Shown here: positions 27,774-36,532 of the stretch, in pieces | How the letters are laid out: each line of letters opens with the position of its first letter | Position numbering within the stretch: position 1 is the stretch's first letter | IMG/VR virus record: IMGVR_UViG_3300045988_095058 | Length of the DNA: 62,654 nt | From: a virus | Direction: 5' to 3' (one strand) | Translations under genes and position numbers: made by a program | The notes under the pieces: model-generated | Databases searched by the model: none | Seen by the model: the letters and a program-made list of their open reading frames with translations, nothing else | What the model was told of the DNA's origin: nothing

Positions 27774-28036
27774 TGAACTACTTTGAAATGAAATGGAGGC
27801 TCTCCGCTTGCAGAATACAAGCAGGGTACTCACAGGCAGAGGTGGCAGAGATCTTAGGCTGTAGTGATAAGACTATTGTTAGCTGGGAAACAGGTAAGAC
27901 AGCTCCTAAGATGGAGAAAGCACAGGAGCTTAGTGATCTGTACGGTATCCCTCTGGCTTATATGGATTTTTCAAAGGCTGGAAACTCTACACCTCTTAGA
28001 GAGCGTGAGAGTGAGCCACAGATCCCAGCTTTTTAA
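27773..28036 (+). CDS. XRE-family HTH regulator
   Basis: GYSQAEVAEILGCSDKTIVSWETGKTAP. Confidence 0.7.
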   Translation: MNYFEMKWRLSACRIQAGYSQAEVAEILGCSDKTIVSWETGKTAPKMEKAQELSDLYGIPLAYMDFSKAGNSTPLRERESEPQIPAF

Positions 28037-28055
28037 TTTATAGGAGGAAAAAAAG

Positions 28056-28496
28056 ATGATTAAAGGACAGTTTGCAAAAAATTTACACAAAGCAGTTTCA
28101 GAGAGAGGGATTAAGCAGGTAGAGCTTGCTAAGGTGCTGGAGGTACCGCCTACTACAGTAAATGGGTGGATGAGAGGAGCCCATTTACCAGACATTGAGA
28201 AGTTAATGGAAATTTGTGATTATTTGGAAATGCCTGTAGGAGAGATGTTAGGAGATCATAGACATATTAACGATTTAGACGAGGTTAAGCATCTTATGGA
28301 TGTATCGCTTAAACAGAAAGCCTATATTGAAAATTTAGAGGCGGAGCTTAATGAGTGTAAAATGTTAAATAATCAGCTTATGAGCGATCTGGATGCAGAT
28401 GAGGGGCTTGCAGAAATTTGTGTGAATGAGTTTATTGCAGATACCATAAAGGATGTAAAAGACGCTGGCGTAAAGAAGATTACGGTTGAGTTTTGA
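28056..28496 (+). CDS. XRE-family HTH regulator with a coiled-coil C-terminus
   Basis: GIKQVELAKVLEVPPTTVNGWMRG. Confidence 0.7.
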   Translation: MIKGQFAKNLHKAVSERGIKQVELAKVLEVPPTTVNGWMRGAHLPDIEKLMEICDYLEMPVGEMLGDHRHINDLDEVKHLMDVSLKQKAYIENLEAELNECKMLNNQLMSDLDADEGLAEICVNEFIADTIKDVKDAGVKKITVEF

Positions 28497-28500
28497 TAAA

Positions 28501-28530
28501 GAAAAAGAGCCAGCTTTTGCAGGCTGGCTC
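28501..28530 (-). terminator. Terminator of the minus-strand repressor gene
   Basis: GAGCCAGC-ttttgcag-GCTGGCTC. The T-run follows only on the minus strand. Confidence 0.65.
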
Positions 28531-28541
28531 CATCCAGAGGA

Positions 28542-28919
28542 TTACTCCTCTTTAAGATTTTGTAGCTCATTGATGCGTTGAGCTAATCCCTTAAGTAGCT
28601 CCAGATCCTTATCTGATAGTGAGATAGATAGCTTAAATAAATCGTATAGAGAGGGCTTACTCTCTAAGATCTTTGAGATTAAAGCAGGATCAGTAGAAAA
28701 CTTTTCCTGTGAGAAAATCTCTGGATCTCTTAGGAGATCCGTAGCATCTATCCCTAGATAAGTTGCTACAGCCTCAATCCTATCCATTCTAGGAGTGTTC
28801 TTTCCAGTACACCATTGAGAAACTGTAGAGGAGCTGTAGTGGAGATCGTTGATTAGATCTTGCTGAGTTTTACCTTTTACCGCTAGGTAGTAGGTAAGTG
28901 CTTTAGTAAATGTACTCAT
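28542..28919 (-). CDS. CI-like repressor (XRE HTH); the only minus-strand gene
   Basis: KTQQDLINDLHYSSSTVSQWCTGKNTP. Divergent from an operator-rich intergenic region. Confidence 0.8.
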   Translation of the reverse strand: MSTFTKALTYYLAVKGKTQQDLINDLHYSSSTVSQWCTGKNTPRMDRIEAVATYLGIDATDLLRDPEIFSQEKFSTDPALISKILESKPSLYDLFKLSISLSDKDLELLKGLAQRINELQNLKEE

Positions 28920-28955
28920 TGTTTTTACACCTCCTCTCCTTTGAGGGATAAGTTA

Positions 28956-28984
28956 ATTATACAGTATTACAGAGAAAAAGTAAA
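28956..28984 (-). promoter_or_regulatory. Candidate repressor-maintenance promoter
   Basis: On the minus strand: TTTACT, 17-nt spacer, TATAAT. Confidence 0.35.
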
Positions 28985-29001
28985 GTAAAACAGAGATAAA
29001 A

Positions 29002-29016
29002 CTCTGTAAAACAGAA
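29002..29016. promoter_or_regulatory. Operator O1 CTCTGTAAAACAGAA
   Basis: One of four 15-bp sites fitting CTCTGnnAAACAGAG. Confidence 0.55.
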
Positions 29017-29025
29017 AATTAGGTA

Positions 29026-29054
29026 TTGACATCTCTGTAAAACAGGATTATATT
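29026..29054 (+). promoter_or_regulatory. Rightward early promoter (PR-like)
   Basis: TTGACA, 17-nt spacer, TATATT. Operator O2 lies inside the spacer. Confidence 0.65.
29033..29047. promoter_or_regulatory. Operator O2 CTCTGTAAAACAGGA
   Basis: Occupies the spacer of the TTGACA/TATATT promoter. Confidence 0.55.
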
Positions 29055-29063
29055 ATAATTGTT

Positions 29064-29078
29064 CTCTGAGAAACAGAG
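29064..29078. promoter_or_regulatory. Operator O3 CTCTGAGAAACAGAG (perfect 5-5-5 palindrome)
   Basis: CTCTG and CAGAG arms around a 5-nt core. Confidence 0.6.
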
Positions 29079-29122
29079 AGAACACAGAGGGGGTACTCCC
29101 CTCATATATTTTTGCTATCAAT

Positions 29123-29137
29123 CTCTATTAAACAGAG
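29123..29137. promoter_or_regulatory. Operator O4 CTCTATTAAACAGAG
   Basis: Fits the same consensus, 42 nt upstream of the first rightward gene. Confidence 0.5.
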
Positions 29138-29178
29138 AATGATATACAATAAAACAGAGATAAAGGAGGTACAAGCTA

Positions 29179-29565
29179 ATGAATTTAGCAGAGTTAAAGG
29201 AGGCTTATAAAGCCAGAAAGTTAGCCTTAGACAGTGCAAAGAAAGAGGAGGAGAAATACAAGGCACTCCTTAAGGATGCGATGTTAGAGGCTGGAGAAAG
29301 TGATTACACGGATGAGGCTGGATACCGCTTTGAGCGAATTGTGCAGGAGCGTAAGAGCATGGATGAGGAAAAGCTCTTAGCAGAACTCCATGAGAGAAAC
29401 CTTACTAGCTGTATCGCAACTAAGGAGGTTGTAGATGAGGATGCAACTCTTAAGGCGGTAGAGGCTGGAGAGTTGCCACAGGAAGTATTAGCAGATGCCT
29501 TAAAGGTAACAGAGGTAGTAATGCTTAAGCTCACAGCTCCTAAAAAGGCAAAGGCTAAAAAGTGA
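29179..29565 (+). CDS. Hypothetical early protein
   Basis: 128 aa, first gene of the rightward operon. Coiled-coil with a lysine-rich tail. Confidence 0.6.
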   Translation: MNLAELKEAYKARKLALDSAKKEEEKYKALLKDAMLEAGESDYTDEAGYRFERIVQERKSMDEEKLLAELHERNLTSCIATKEVVDEDATLKAVEAGELPQEVLADALKVTEVVMLKLTAPKKAKAKK

Positions 29566-30587
29566 TAACGATCTGGAAAACTCCAATAGTAGCCACAGTA
29601 GAGCAGGTACTTAAGGATCTTAAGCTCCAGCTCTACGGAGCAGGGCTACTTAAGGAGATTAAAAACACAGGATCGGATCTTATGTGTACTTGCCCTTTTC
29701 ACGCAAACGGTAAGGAGCATAACCCATCTTGCGGAGTGCTCCTACAGCAAAAGGTAACAAAGGATAAGACCTATGAGGCTGGTACGGTGCATTGCTATAC
29801 CTGTGGATACACAGCGGATCTACCTCAGTTTGTAGCGGATTTATTAGGGCTGAGTAGCCCAGTAGAGGGCTTTAAGTGGCTGGTAAATCAGTACAACTAC
29901 CAGACGGAGGAGAGAGAGCTCCCAGATCTGGATATGTACAGAGGCTCCACAGCTAAATCCTCAGTACTGGAGGAGAGCTTAGTAAAGCAGTACACACAGA
30001 ACCTCCTACAGAGTGAGGAGGCGTGTAGGTACTTACATAAAAGGCGGATAGCTAACTGGGTGTTAGAGGCTTATGAGCTGGGGTTTGATCCAGAGGATAA
30101 AACAGTACTTTTCCCTGTAAGGGGCATGGATGGGAAAGTGATCTTTTACAAAGGCAGGAGCATAGCTGGAAAGCATTTTTATAACGCAAAAGAGGTAGAT
30201 AAAACCTCCGTAGTGTTTGGGCTCTGGGAGATCCTTAACGGATCTTTTAGCTGGGGTACATCGGATCAGATAGAGGAGGTTTGGATTACAGAGAGTGAGA
30301 TAGATGCTCTCAGCCTTATCTCTTATGGAGTACCAGCGGTAGCCATCATGGGATCACATATCTCAGAGGATCAGTGTAAAGAGCTGGAGCGTACACCTTT
30401 TAGGCGGTTTGTACTTGCCACAGATAACGATGATGCAGGGAGAAAAGGAGCCTCCCAGATCAAGAGGTTACTGATACCTAAAGGTTTTCGGTTTATCAAC
30501 CTCAAATGGCATACGAGCCTAAAGGATATTAACGATCTTGTCAAAGAGTACGGAGATGGCTGGAAAGACCATCTCACAGGATATTAA
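29562..30587 (+). CDS. DNA primase (CHC2 zinc finger plus TOPRIM)
   Basis: CPFHANGKEHNPSCGV zinc finger. TOPRIM segments ESEIDALSL and ATDNDDAGRKG. Confidence 0.85.
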   Translation: MITIWKTPIVATVEQVLKDLKLQLYGAGLLKEIKNTGSDLMCTCPFHANGKEHNPSCGVLLQQKVTKDKTYEAGTVHCYTCGYTADLPQFVADLLGLSSPVEGFKWLVNQYNYQTEERELPDLDMYRGSTAKSSVLEESLVKQYTQNLLQSEEACRYLHKRRIANWVLEAYELGFDPEDKTVLFPVRGMDGKVIFYKGRSIAGKHFYNAKEVDKTSVVFGLWEILNGSFSWGTSDQIEEVWITESEIDALSLISYGVPAVAIMGSHISEDQCKELERTPFRRFVLATDNDDAGRKGASQIKRLLIPKGFRFINLKWHTSLKDINDLVKEYGDGWKDHLTGY

Positions 30588-30601
30588 AGGAGGAAAACAG
30601 G

Positions 30602-31210
30602 ATGAGTAAAGGATTTATTACAGGAACAAATGAGGAACTTATTAAAGCGTACAAAGAGAGTAGAGATGAGAGCTATCTTAAAGAGCTCATAGAGGCTAAC
30701 AAGGGGCTTATTAACCTTTTAGTATCCCCATATTTAACCTCTATCCCTAATTCTGAGTTAGAGGATCTTACAAGTGAGAGCTATATACCGATGCTTAGAG
30801 CTATAGAGGATTACGATCCAGAGCAGGGAGTAGCTTTTTCTACTCTCCTTAAGGTTTATGTACGCCAGCACCTTAACCGTTTATACAACGAGGCTACACG
30901 CCAGAAAAGATTTACAGGTACCACTCCAGATAGCTTAGATCGGTTATCCGAGATCAATAAAGAGGGAGGTACAGAAACAGATAGCACCTTTGAGGTAGAG
31001 TGTAAGGATTTTAGCTCTGTAGAGTTTATGGATCTCTTAGATAGCTTACAGCTCAATGATAAGGAGCAGGTAGCGGTAAATATCCTCATGGCTGGAGGAG
31101 CTAAGGGAGAGATTGCTAAGGCTCTCAATATTACTAATGCTACCGTAAGCTGGCATATCAAGAACCTCAAAAAGAAATTTATTTTAGCTGGTTATCAATA
31201 TGCTGTCTAA
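30602..31210 (+). CDS. Sigma-70-family RNA polymerase sigma factor
   Basis: Region 2-like LIEANKGLINLLV...EDLTSESYIPMLRAIEDYDPEQGVAFSTLL. Region 4-like KGEIAKALNITNATVSWHIKNLKKK. Confidence 0.8.
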   Translation: MSKGFITGTNEELIKAYKESRDESYLKELIEANKGLINLLVSPYLTSIPNSELEDLTSESYIPMLRAIEDYDPEQGVAFSTLLKVYVRQHLNRLYNEATRQKRFTGTTPDSLDRLSEINKEGGTETDSTFEVECKDFSSVEFMDLLDSLQLNDKEQVAVNILMAGGAKGEIAKALNITNATVSWHIKNLKKKFILAGYQYAV

Positions 31211-31245
31211 ATAATCTGGGTGGATGTGATTAAGTTATTTATCAC
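31206..31245 (+). promoter_or_regulatory. Class-1 bipartite motif, copy D
   Basis: TCTAAA (overlapping the sigma gene stop codon)-N14-GTGATTAAGTTATTTATCAC. Confidence 0.55.
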
Positions 31246-31267
31246 GAAAAGCAAGGAGGTAAGCGGT

Positions 31268-31426
31268 ATGAGTAGTTTAAGAACCCTGTTAGCCATCTTA
31301 AAAGGAGAGGCTGTAGTGCTTACTAAAAAGAGTGAGCATAAGGCGGATGTGCTGGTAGGAAAGAATGTGGATAAGCGTTTTGCTATCAACAGCATGGTAG
31401 GAGCTGTAAAGGCTTTGATGCTGTAG
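31268..31426 (+). CDS. Hypothetical small protein (52 aa)
   Basis: ATG 31268 follows AAGGAGGTAAGCGGT. The track start at 31220 falls inside the motif. Confidence 0.5.
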   Translation: MSSLRTLLAILKGEAVVLTKKSEHKADVLVGKNVDKRFAINSMVGAVKALML

Positions 31427-31469
31427 TTATAGAAAAAAAATAATCAAGGAAAAACAGGAGGATACAGAA

Positions 31470-32102
31470 ATGGGATTACAGGATCTTATTAACAAGTATG
31501 ACAATGGAGGATTTTCTAAAACAGGCTGGTTTCAGTTAAAGGATGATGGAGATACAGCTACAGTAAGATTACTCCACAAAGGAGAGGTAGGAGTAAAGGA
31601 TGGAGAAACAGATTATGATTTTCCCATCTACGAGGTACACAAATTAGATGTAGACGGTAGCGGTAGAGATCGTACTTGCCTCTGTAAGGGAGAGAGCTGT
31701 GAGTTTTGTAAGAGTGGTAACAAGCCTCAGTTAAGAATGTTCTTACAGATGATTAACAAGGATGAGAAAGATAAGGATAAGCAGGTACAGCTCTGGGAGA
31801 GAGGCTTAACAGACATTAAGAACCTTATCGGCTTAGCTGGAGAGTACGGAGATCTCACTAAGAGAGATATTAAGATCAAGAGATCTGGAGCAAAGGGTAG
31901 CCTTAAGACTACATACCAGTATTTCCCTAAGGATCCTAGTGAGATGGAGATCCCAGAGCCTCAGAACTTAGTAGGCTCACTTATCTTAGATCTGGATCGT
32001 GAGGATCAGATTAAGGCTATCGAGGGTAGATTACAGCTTAACAAGGGTAACAATAACGATAGTAACAATGACAGCGGAGCAGGAGCTACAAGAGTATTTT
32101 AA
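31470..32102 (+). CDS. Putative ssDNA-binding protein (zinc-containing, gp32-like)
   Basis: 210 aa with a CLCKGESCEFC cluster and an acidic/Asn-rich tail. Adjacent to the DNA polymerase. Assignment is tentative. Confidence 0.35.
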   Translation: MGLQDLINKYDNGGFSKTGWFQLKDDGDTATVRLLHKGEVGVKDGETDYDFPIYEVHKLDVDGSGRDRTCLCKGESCEFCKSGNKPQLRMFLQMINKDEKDKDKQVQLWERGLTDIKNLIGLAGEYGDLTKRDIKIKRSGAKGSLKTTYQYFPKDPSEMEIPEPQNLVGSLILDLDREDQIKAIEGRLQLNKGNNNDSNNDSGAGATRVF

Positions 32103-32109
32103 GGCAGGG

Positions 32110-32136
32110 AGGGAGGCTAAAAACCTCCCTCTTTTA
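32110..32136 (+). terminator. Rho-independent terminator
   Basis: AGGGAGG-ctaaaaa-CCTCCCT followed by CTTTT. Confidence 0.65.
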
Positions 32137-32155
32137 TTAAACAGGAGGATACAGG

Positions 32156-34330
32156 ATGGCAAGAGAGATACAGGTAGATATGAGTAGAGAGAGCGTGGAT
32201 CTGGAGGATCTTAGTAGCAGATTAGCTCATAAAAAGGTATGTAATATAAATTTGAAAAGAAACCAGAATACCTTACTTAAAGGGCTGGAGGTAATAAATG
32301 AGCTGGTAAAGAGCGGTAGGCTCCATGCTGAGGGAGAGTATGAGATTATCCGTACTCCAGAGAGGCTTAAGGAGGTAATGGAAACCTACTTAACTGGAGT
32401 AAGTGAGTATGTACTGGATGTGGAAACTACAGGGCTGGATGTGTATAACGATATTTTAGTAGGTATCTGTTTATATAATCCAGATCTCCCTAGTTTCTAT
32501 GTACCGTTTAATCATACGGATCTCCAGAATAAAAGAGTTGAGGGGCAAATGACAGAGGAGGAGTGTAAGGCGGTTATGCTCCCTTATCTGGCTAATGGAT
32601 CCCTTAAGTGCATCAATCATAATATCAAGTTTGATGATAAAGTAGTTACTTTCCAGTGGGGGCAGAGGATCGCTAATGTATGGTGGGATACTAATATAGC
32701 TGGATGGGTACTTAATGAGAATGAGAAACACGGATTAAAACCGATGTATAACAAGTATATCCTCAATGGGGAGGGCTCAGATGAGGATTTTGGAGATCTC
32801 TTTGAGGGTATCCCATGTAACTATATTCCTATTGATATTTTCGCTATTTATGGTGCTAACGATGGTTTTAAAACATGGGCTTTGTATCAATTCCAGAAAA
32901 AGTATCTTAGAGAGGATCATCCGAGAGCAGACTACAGAAAGCTCTGCCATGTGTTTAGAGATATTGAGATGCCTCTTATTGATGTTTGTATGGATATGGA
33001 GCTTAGGGGTGTAGAGATCCGTGAGGATTATGCTAAGGAGCTTTCTGTAAAATTTAATGCAGAGATGGCGGAGAAAGAAAAGCTCTGTGATGAGTATGTA
33101 GCTAAGTTTGATAAGTTTATAGAGGAAAATCCTACTCTTATGAGATTAACTAAGGGTACTAAGAAGATTAACTATAACAGCCCTCAGCAGGTGGCTTGTT
33201 TATTCTATGATATTTTCAAATTGAAAAGCGTATCCAGAAAAGAGCCGAGAGGTACAGGAGATAAGATAGTACAACAGCATAGAAATAAGGCTAAAAAGGC
33301 AGGTACTAAAAAGGGAGAGGAGTTTATCCAGTTTTTAGATAACTACCAGAGATATAAAGAGTGCGGAAAGCTCTTAGGAACTTACATAGATAAGATCCCA
33401 GAGGTTAAGTGTGCTAAGACTAATGCAGTACATACCACATATAACCAGTATGGAGCTAAAACAGGTAGATTTTCAAGTAGTGATACAGTTACTAAGATCA
33501 ACCTCCAGAATATCCCTAGCCATGAGAAAAGCATCCGTAAGATCTTTAGAGCCAGAGATGGTTATAAGTTTGTGGGAGGAGATTTTAGCCAGATTGAGCC
33601 ACGAGTACTCTCTTATGTATCTGGAGATGAGGCAATGCAGGAGGCATACAGAGAGGGTAAAGATCTATACGCCATCATGGGATCTAAAGTGTATGGAGTG
33701 CCTTATGAGGATTGTAGAGAGTTTTATCCAGATGGTACGGTAAACGCTGAGGGTAAACACAGGCGTACAACTATGAAAAGTGTACTCTTAGGTATTATGT
33801 ATGAGCGTGGAGCTAAAGCCATTGGAGAGCAGTTTGATAGATCCGCAGAGTGGGCTCAGAAACTTATTGATGATTTTTATAAGAGTTTTCCTAAGATCCA
33901 ACAGCTCCGCCTTAAGGTAGAGAAGATGGCGGAGGAGTACGGATATGTAACTACCATACAGGGCAGAAAGAGAAGATTGCCAGAGATGCAGTTACCAGAT
34001 CACGATGATTACCGCTATCAAGAGGCTCACAGGCAGAGCCTTAACGCTGTAATACAGGGATCCAGTGCGGATATTATGAAATTAGCTATGATCGCTATTT
34101 ACAATGATCCTCAGTATAAGGCTCTGGATTGCCACATGGTAATAACCGTACATGATGAGTTAATCATGGAGGTACCAGAGGATCATATTAAGGAGGGAGC
34201 AGATCTCTTAGTAAACACTATGAAAAGAGTAGGACACAGCCTAATAGATCTCCCTATGAGCGTAGATGCTGAGGTAAATGATTACTGGTACGGAGAAAAC
34301 TTAGCGGATGATTATTTAGAGGAGGAGTAA
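32156..34330 (+). CDS. Family A DNA polymerase with a 3'-5' exonuclease domain
   Basis: Exo I VLDVETTGLD. Motif A DFSQIEPRVL, motif B RRTTMKSVLLGIMYERG, motif C VHDELIMEV. Confidence 0.95.
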   Translation: MAREIQVDMSRESVDLEDLSSRLAHKKVCNINLKRNQNTLLKGLEVINELVKSGRLHAEGEYEIIRTPERLKEVMETYLTGVSEYVLDVETTGLDVYNDILVGICLYNPDLPSFYVPFNHTDLQNKRVEGQMTEEECKAVMLPYLANGSLKCINHNIKFDDKVVTFQWGQRIANVWWDTNIAGWVLNENEKHGLKPMYNKYILNGEGSDEDFGDLFEGIPCNYIPIDIFAIYGANDGFKTWALYQFQKKYLREDHPRADYRKLCHVFRDIEMPLIDVCMDMELRGVEIREDYAKELSVKFNAEMAEKEKLCDEYVAKFDKFIEENPTLMRLTKGTKKINYNSPQQVACLFYDIFKLKSVSRKEPRGTGDKIVQQHRNKAKKAGTKKGEEFIQFLDNYQRYKECGKLLGTYIDKIPEVKCAKTNAVHTTYNQYGAKTGRFSSSDTVTKINLQNIPSHEKSIRKIFRARDGYKFVGGDFSQIEPRVLSYVSGDEAMQEAYREGKDLYAIMGSKVYGVPYEDCREFYPDGTVNAEGKHRRTTMKSVLLGIMYERGAKAIGEQFDRSAEWAQKLIDDFYKSFPKIQQLRLKVEKMAEEYGYVTTIQGRKRRLPEMQLPDHDDYRYQEAHRQSLNAVIQGSSADIMKLAMIAIYNDPQYKALDCHMVITVHDELIMEVPEDHIKEGADLLVNTMKRVGHSLIDLPMSVDAEVNDYWYGENLADDYLEEE

Positions 34331-34334
34331 GCCT

Positions 34335-34766
34335 ATGGGATATTTTCCTTTACCAGAGCTAAAGGGTAAGTCTAACAGGATCTTTGTAGATGGTAAAACT
34401 CTAAATCAGATAGCTAAGGAGAGCGGTATAAGGCTGGATACCGTACAGCATAGATATAGCAGAGGTATAAGAGATTATGAGGGCTTAACAAAGCCATCTC
34501 ATATCAGAGTAGAGCACGAAAAGACACAGAGGAAAACCTACTCTATAATGAGTGCTGGAGAGAGAGTAATGGAGAGGATCTGGGAGCTGGATATACCTCT
34601 CCAGACTATCTCCGATAAAACAGGGATAAGTAGATCCACAATATACGCCTTTTTATATAACGGTACAGATCTTAGTAGTATGAGGCTTGCTAAGATCTGT
34701 AGCCTTTTAGGATTATCAATGGATTATGTGATGGGATTAAAGGAGAAACCAGATGGCAAAATGTAA
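34335..34766 (+). CDS. Hypothetical DNA-binding (HTH) protein
   Basis: 143 aa with two HTH-like segments (LNQIAKESGIRLDTVQHRYSRG and ISDKTGISRSTIYAFLYNG). Confidence 0.5.
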   Translation: MGYFPLPELKGKSNRIFVDGKTLNQIAKESGIRLDTVQHRYSRGIRDYEGLTKPSHIRVEHEKTQRKTYSIMSAGERVMERIWELDIPLQTISDKTGISRSTIYAFLYNGTDLSSMRLAKICSLLGLSMDYVMGLKEKPDGKM

Positions 34767-35061
34767 ATTCTGTGGAGCTGAGGTAACAATAGGGGAGAGA
34801 TGTACCTATTGTGGCAGTAAGGCGGAGGGCTGGTACTATTCTGGAGAAGAAAAGAAACAGGAGCCTAAAAAGAAGAAAGCCTCACATGATAGAGTAAGAG
34901 ATCTGTTTAATGGAAAGATCTATATTGTAAAAAAGGGAGATTGCCTTTGGAATATTGCTAAAAATTTGTATGGATCTGGAGCAGAGTATTACAGGATTGT
35001 AAGGAAAAACCATCTACAGGATCCTAACCATATAGAGGTAGGGCAAAAATTATACTATTAG
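34753..35061 (+). CDS. Zinc-ribbon plus LysM domain protein
   Basis: CKFCGAEVTIGERCTYCG followed by YIVKKGDCLWNIAKNLYGSGAEYYRIV...VGQKLYY. Confidence 0.7.
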   Translation: MAKCKFCGAEVTIGERCTYCGSKAEGWYYSGEEKKQEPKKKKASHDRVRDLFNGKIYIVKKGDCLWNIAKNLYGSGAEYYRIVRKNHLQDPNHIEVGQKLYY

Positions 35062-35074
35062 GAGGATAATTATT

Positions 35075-35773
35075 ATGAGTATGACGGAATGGGCTAAAAG
35101 AGAGGTAGAGATAGCATCTAAGAGAGAAAGAGGAGATAAGCCAGAGAGTGAGTGGGATTATGGATGTGCTTGCTATGATAGTGCTCTTAAGGCTTTTGAG
35201 AGCCTTTGTGGAGACGGTCACAGTGGTTTTAGTATAGGTATTACAAAGGGGATCCTTAACAGATTGATAGATGGAAAACCTCTTACTCCGATTGAAGATA
35301 TAGAGGATGTATGGAATGTATGTAGTAGAGGAGAAAATGGAGGAGTAGTTACATACCAGTGTAAGCGTATGAGTAGCCTGTTTAAGGATGTATACCCAGA
35401 TGGTACAGTAAAATATCACGATAACGATAGATATTATTGTATTAAATGGGATGATCCTAATTTGTGCTGGCATAATGGGTTTATTGGTAAGATTTATAGT
35501 GAGATGTTCCCTCTTACTATGCCTTATATGCCATCTAATAAAGCGGATGTGATTGTATGTGACGAGCTCCTCACAGATCGTAAAAACGGAGATTTTGATA
35601 CTTTAGCTGTATTGTATATCCAGAGATCTCACGGAGAAAAGGTAGAGGTAAACAGATATTTTAAGGAGGGAGAAAAGAGCTTTATAGAGATCTCTCCAGA
35701 GGAGTATGAGGAGCGTAAGAAGATGCACGAAAAGAGGCAGGAGCAGGAGGATAAGGCACAGGATGAAAATTAG
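35075..35773 (+). CDS. Hypothetical protein
   Basis: 232 aa ORF with RBS TAGGAGGATAATTATT. Confidence 0.6.
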   Translation: MSMTEWAKREVEIASKRERGDKPESEWDYGCACYDSALKAFESLCGDGHSGFSIGITKGILNRLIDGKPLTPIEDIEDVWNVCSRGENGGVVTYQCKRMSSLFKDVYPDGTVKYHDNDRYYCIKWDDPNLCWHNGFIGKIYSEMFPLTMPYMPSNKADVIVCDELLTDRKNGDFDTLAVLYIQRSHGEKVEVNRYFKEGEKSFIEISPEEYEERKKMHEKRQEQEDKAQDEN

Positions 35774-35942
35774 ATATAATCGTTTTGCTGTATTTCCTGT
35801 GATGTGTCACGATTGCCATAGGTATATCTGGATGGAGCCTTATAGGAGGGCTGATGTGTGGCATAACTTGTTAGATAGATATGTAAAGAAAACTATCTGT
35901 AATGAGTGCCTTAAAAAGTATGATGTAGGAGGTAAACAGTGA
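35763..35942 (+). CDS. Hypothetical Cys-rich small protein (59 aa)
   Basis: MKIRYNRFAVFPVMCHDCHRY...CNECLKKY. The internal ATG is preferred over the track start at 35706. Confidence 0.45.
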   Translation: MKIRYNRFAVFPVMCHDCHRYIWMEPYRRADVWHNLLDRYVKKTICNECLKKYDVGGKQ

Positions 35943-36097
35943 GATATAAAGTATATGATGAGGAAGATAAGAAAGAGAGAACTCTGGAGGAGTGCGTAAC
36001 TCCGTTAGAGGTAGGATCTGTAAGGAGAGTACAGGTTAAAAAGGGAGATACAAGAGAGGTACACCACTTTAGAGTACTGGAGGAATTAAAAGCATGA
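35939..36097 (+). CDS. Hypothetical small protein (52 aa)
   Basis: GTG start 6 nt after GGAGG. Its stop overlaps the ATG of the next gene (ATGA). Confidence 0.45.
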   Translation: MRYKVYDEEDKKERTLEECVTPLEVGSVRRVQVKKGDTREVHHFRVLEELKA

Positions 36098-36486
36098 GAG
36101 TGTATATAGCTGGAGCTATGACAGGAGTGTTTAAGTATAAAGAGAAATTTATTGAGGCTGAGGAGTATATAAGAGGGCTGGGGCATATAGTACTTAATCC
36201 CTCATTTTTACCAGAGGGGCTCTCAGATTATTACGAGATCAATAAGGCTATGATAGATCAATGTGATGCTATTTATGTTCTTTTGAATTATGAAAACTCT
36301 AAGGGTACAAAGAAAGAGATTGAGTATGCAGAGAGTACAGGTAAGCAGGTAATTTATCAGAATAGTACAGAGGTAAGAGATCAGAACGGTAACTCATGGA
36401 GCTGGGTAAATAGACCTTTAGGGTATAGTGATTATCCTATAGGATATGGTAATTACTGGGAGTATCCGTGGAGAAGATGTTGGTAA
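36094..36486 (+). CDS. DUF4406 / nucleoside 2-deoxyribosyltransferase-like protein
   Basis: MRVYIAGAMTG N-terminus and overall layout are typical of the DUF4406 family. Confidence 0.55.
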   Translation: MRVYIAGAMTGVFKYKEKFIEAEEYIRGLGHIVLNPSFLPEGLSDYYEINKAMIDQCDAIYVLLNYENSKGTKKEIEYAESTGKQVIYQNSTEVRDQNGNSWSWVNRPLGYSDYPIGYGNYWEYPWRRCW

Positions 36487-36494
36487 AAATTTAA

Positions 36495-36532
36495 TCTAAA
36501 GAAACCTCCTTTATGTGATTAGGATCGATCAA
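36495..36532 (+). promoter_or_regulatory. Class-1 bipartite motif, copy E
   Basis: TCTAAA-N14-GTGATTAGGATCGATCAA. Embedded in a 12-bp inverted repeat that includes the RBS. Confidence 0.55.

Noticed and set aside
32766-33743. Internal + strand ORFs within the DNA polymerase (32766..33014 and 33411..33743), and similar ones at 4435..4629, 43052..43252 and 58941..59138
   Set aside because: They are alternate frames inside strongly supported genes and have no RBS.
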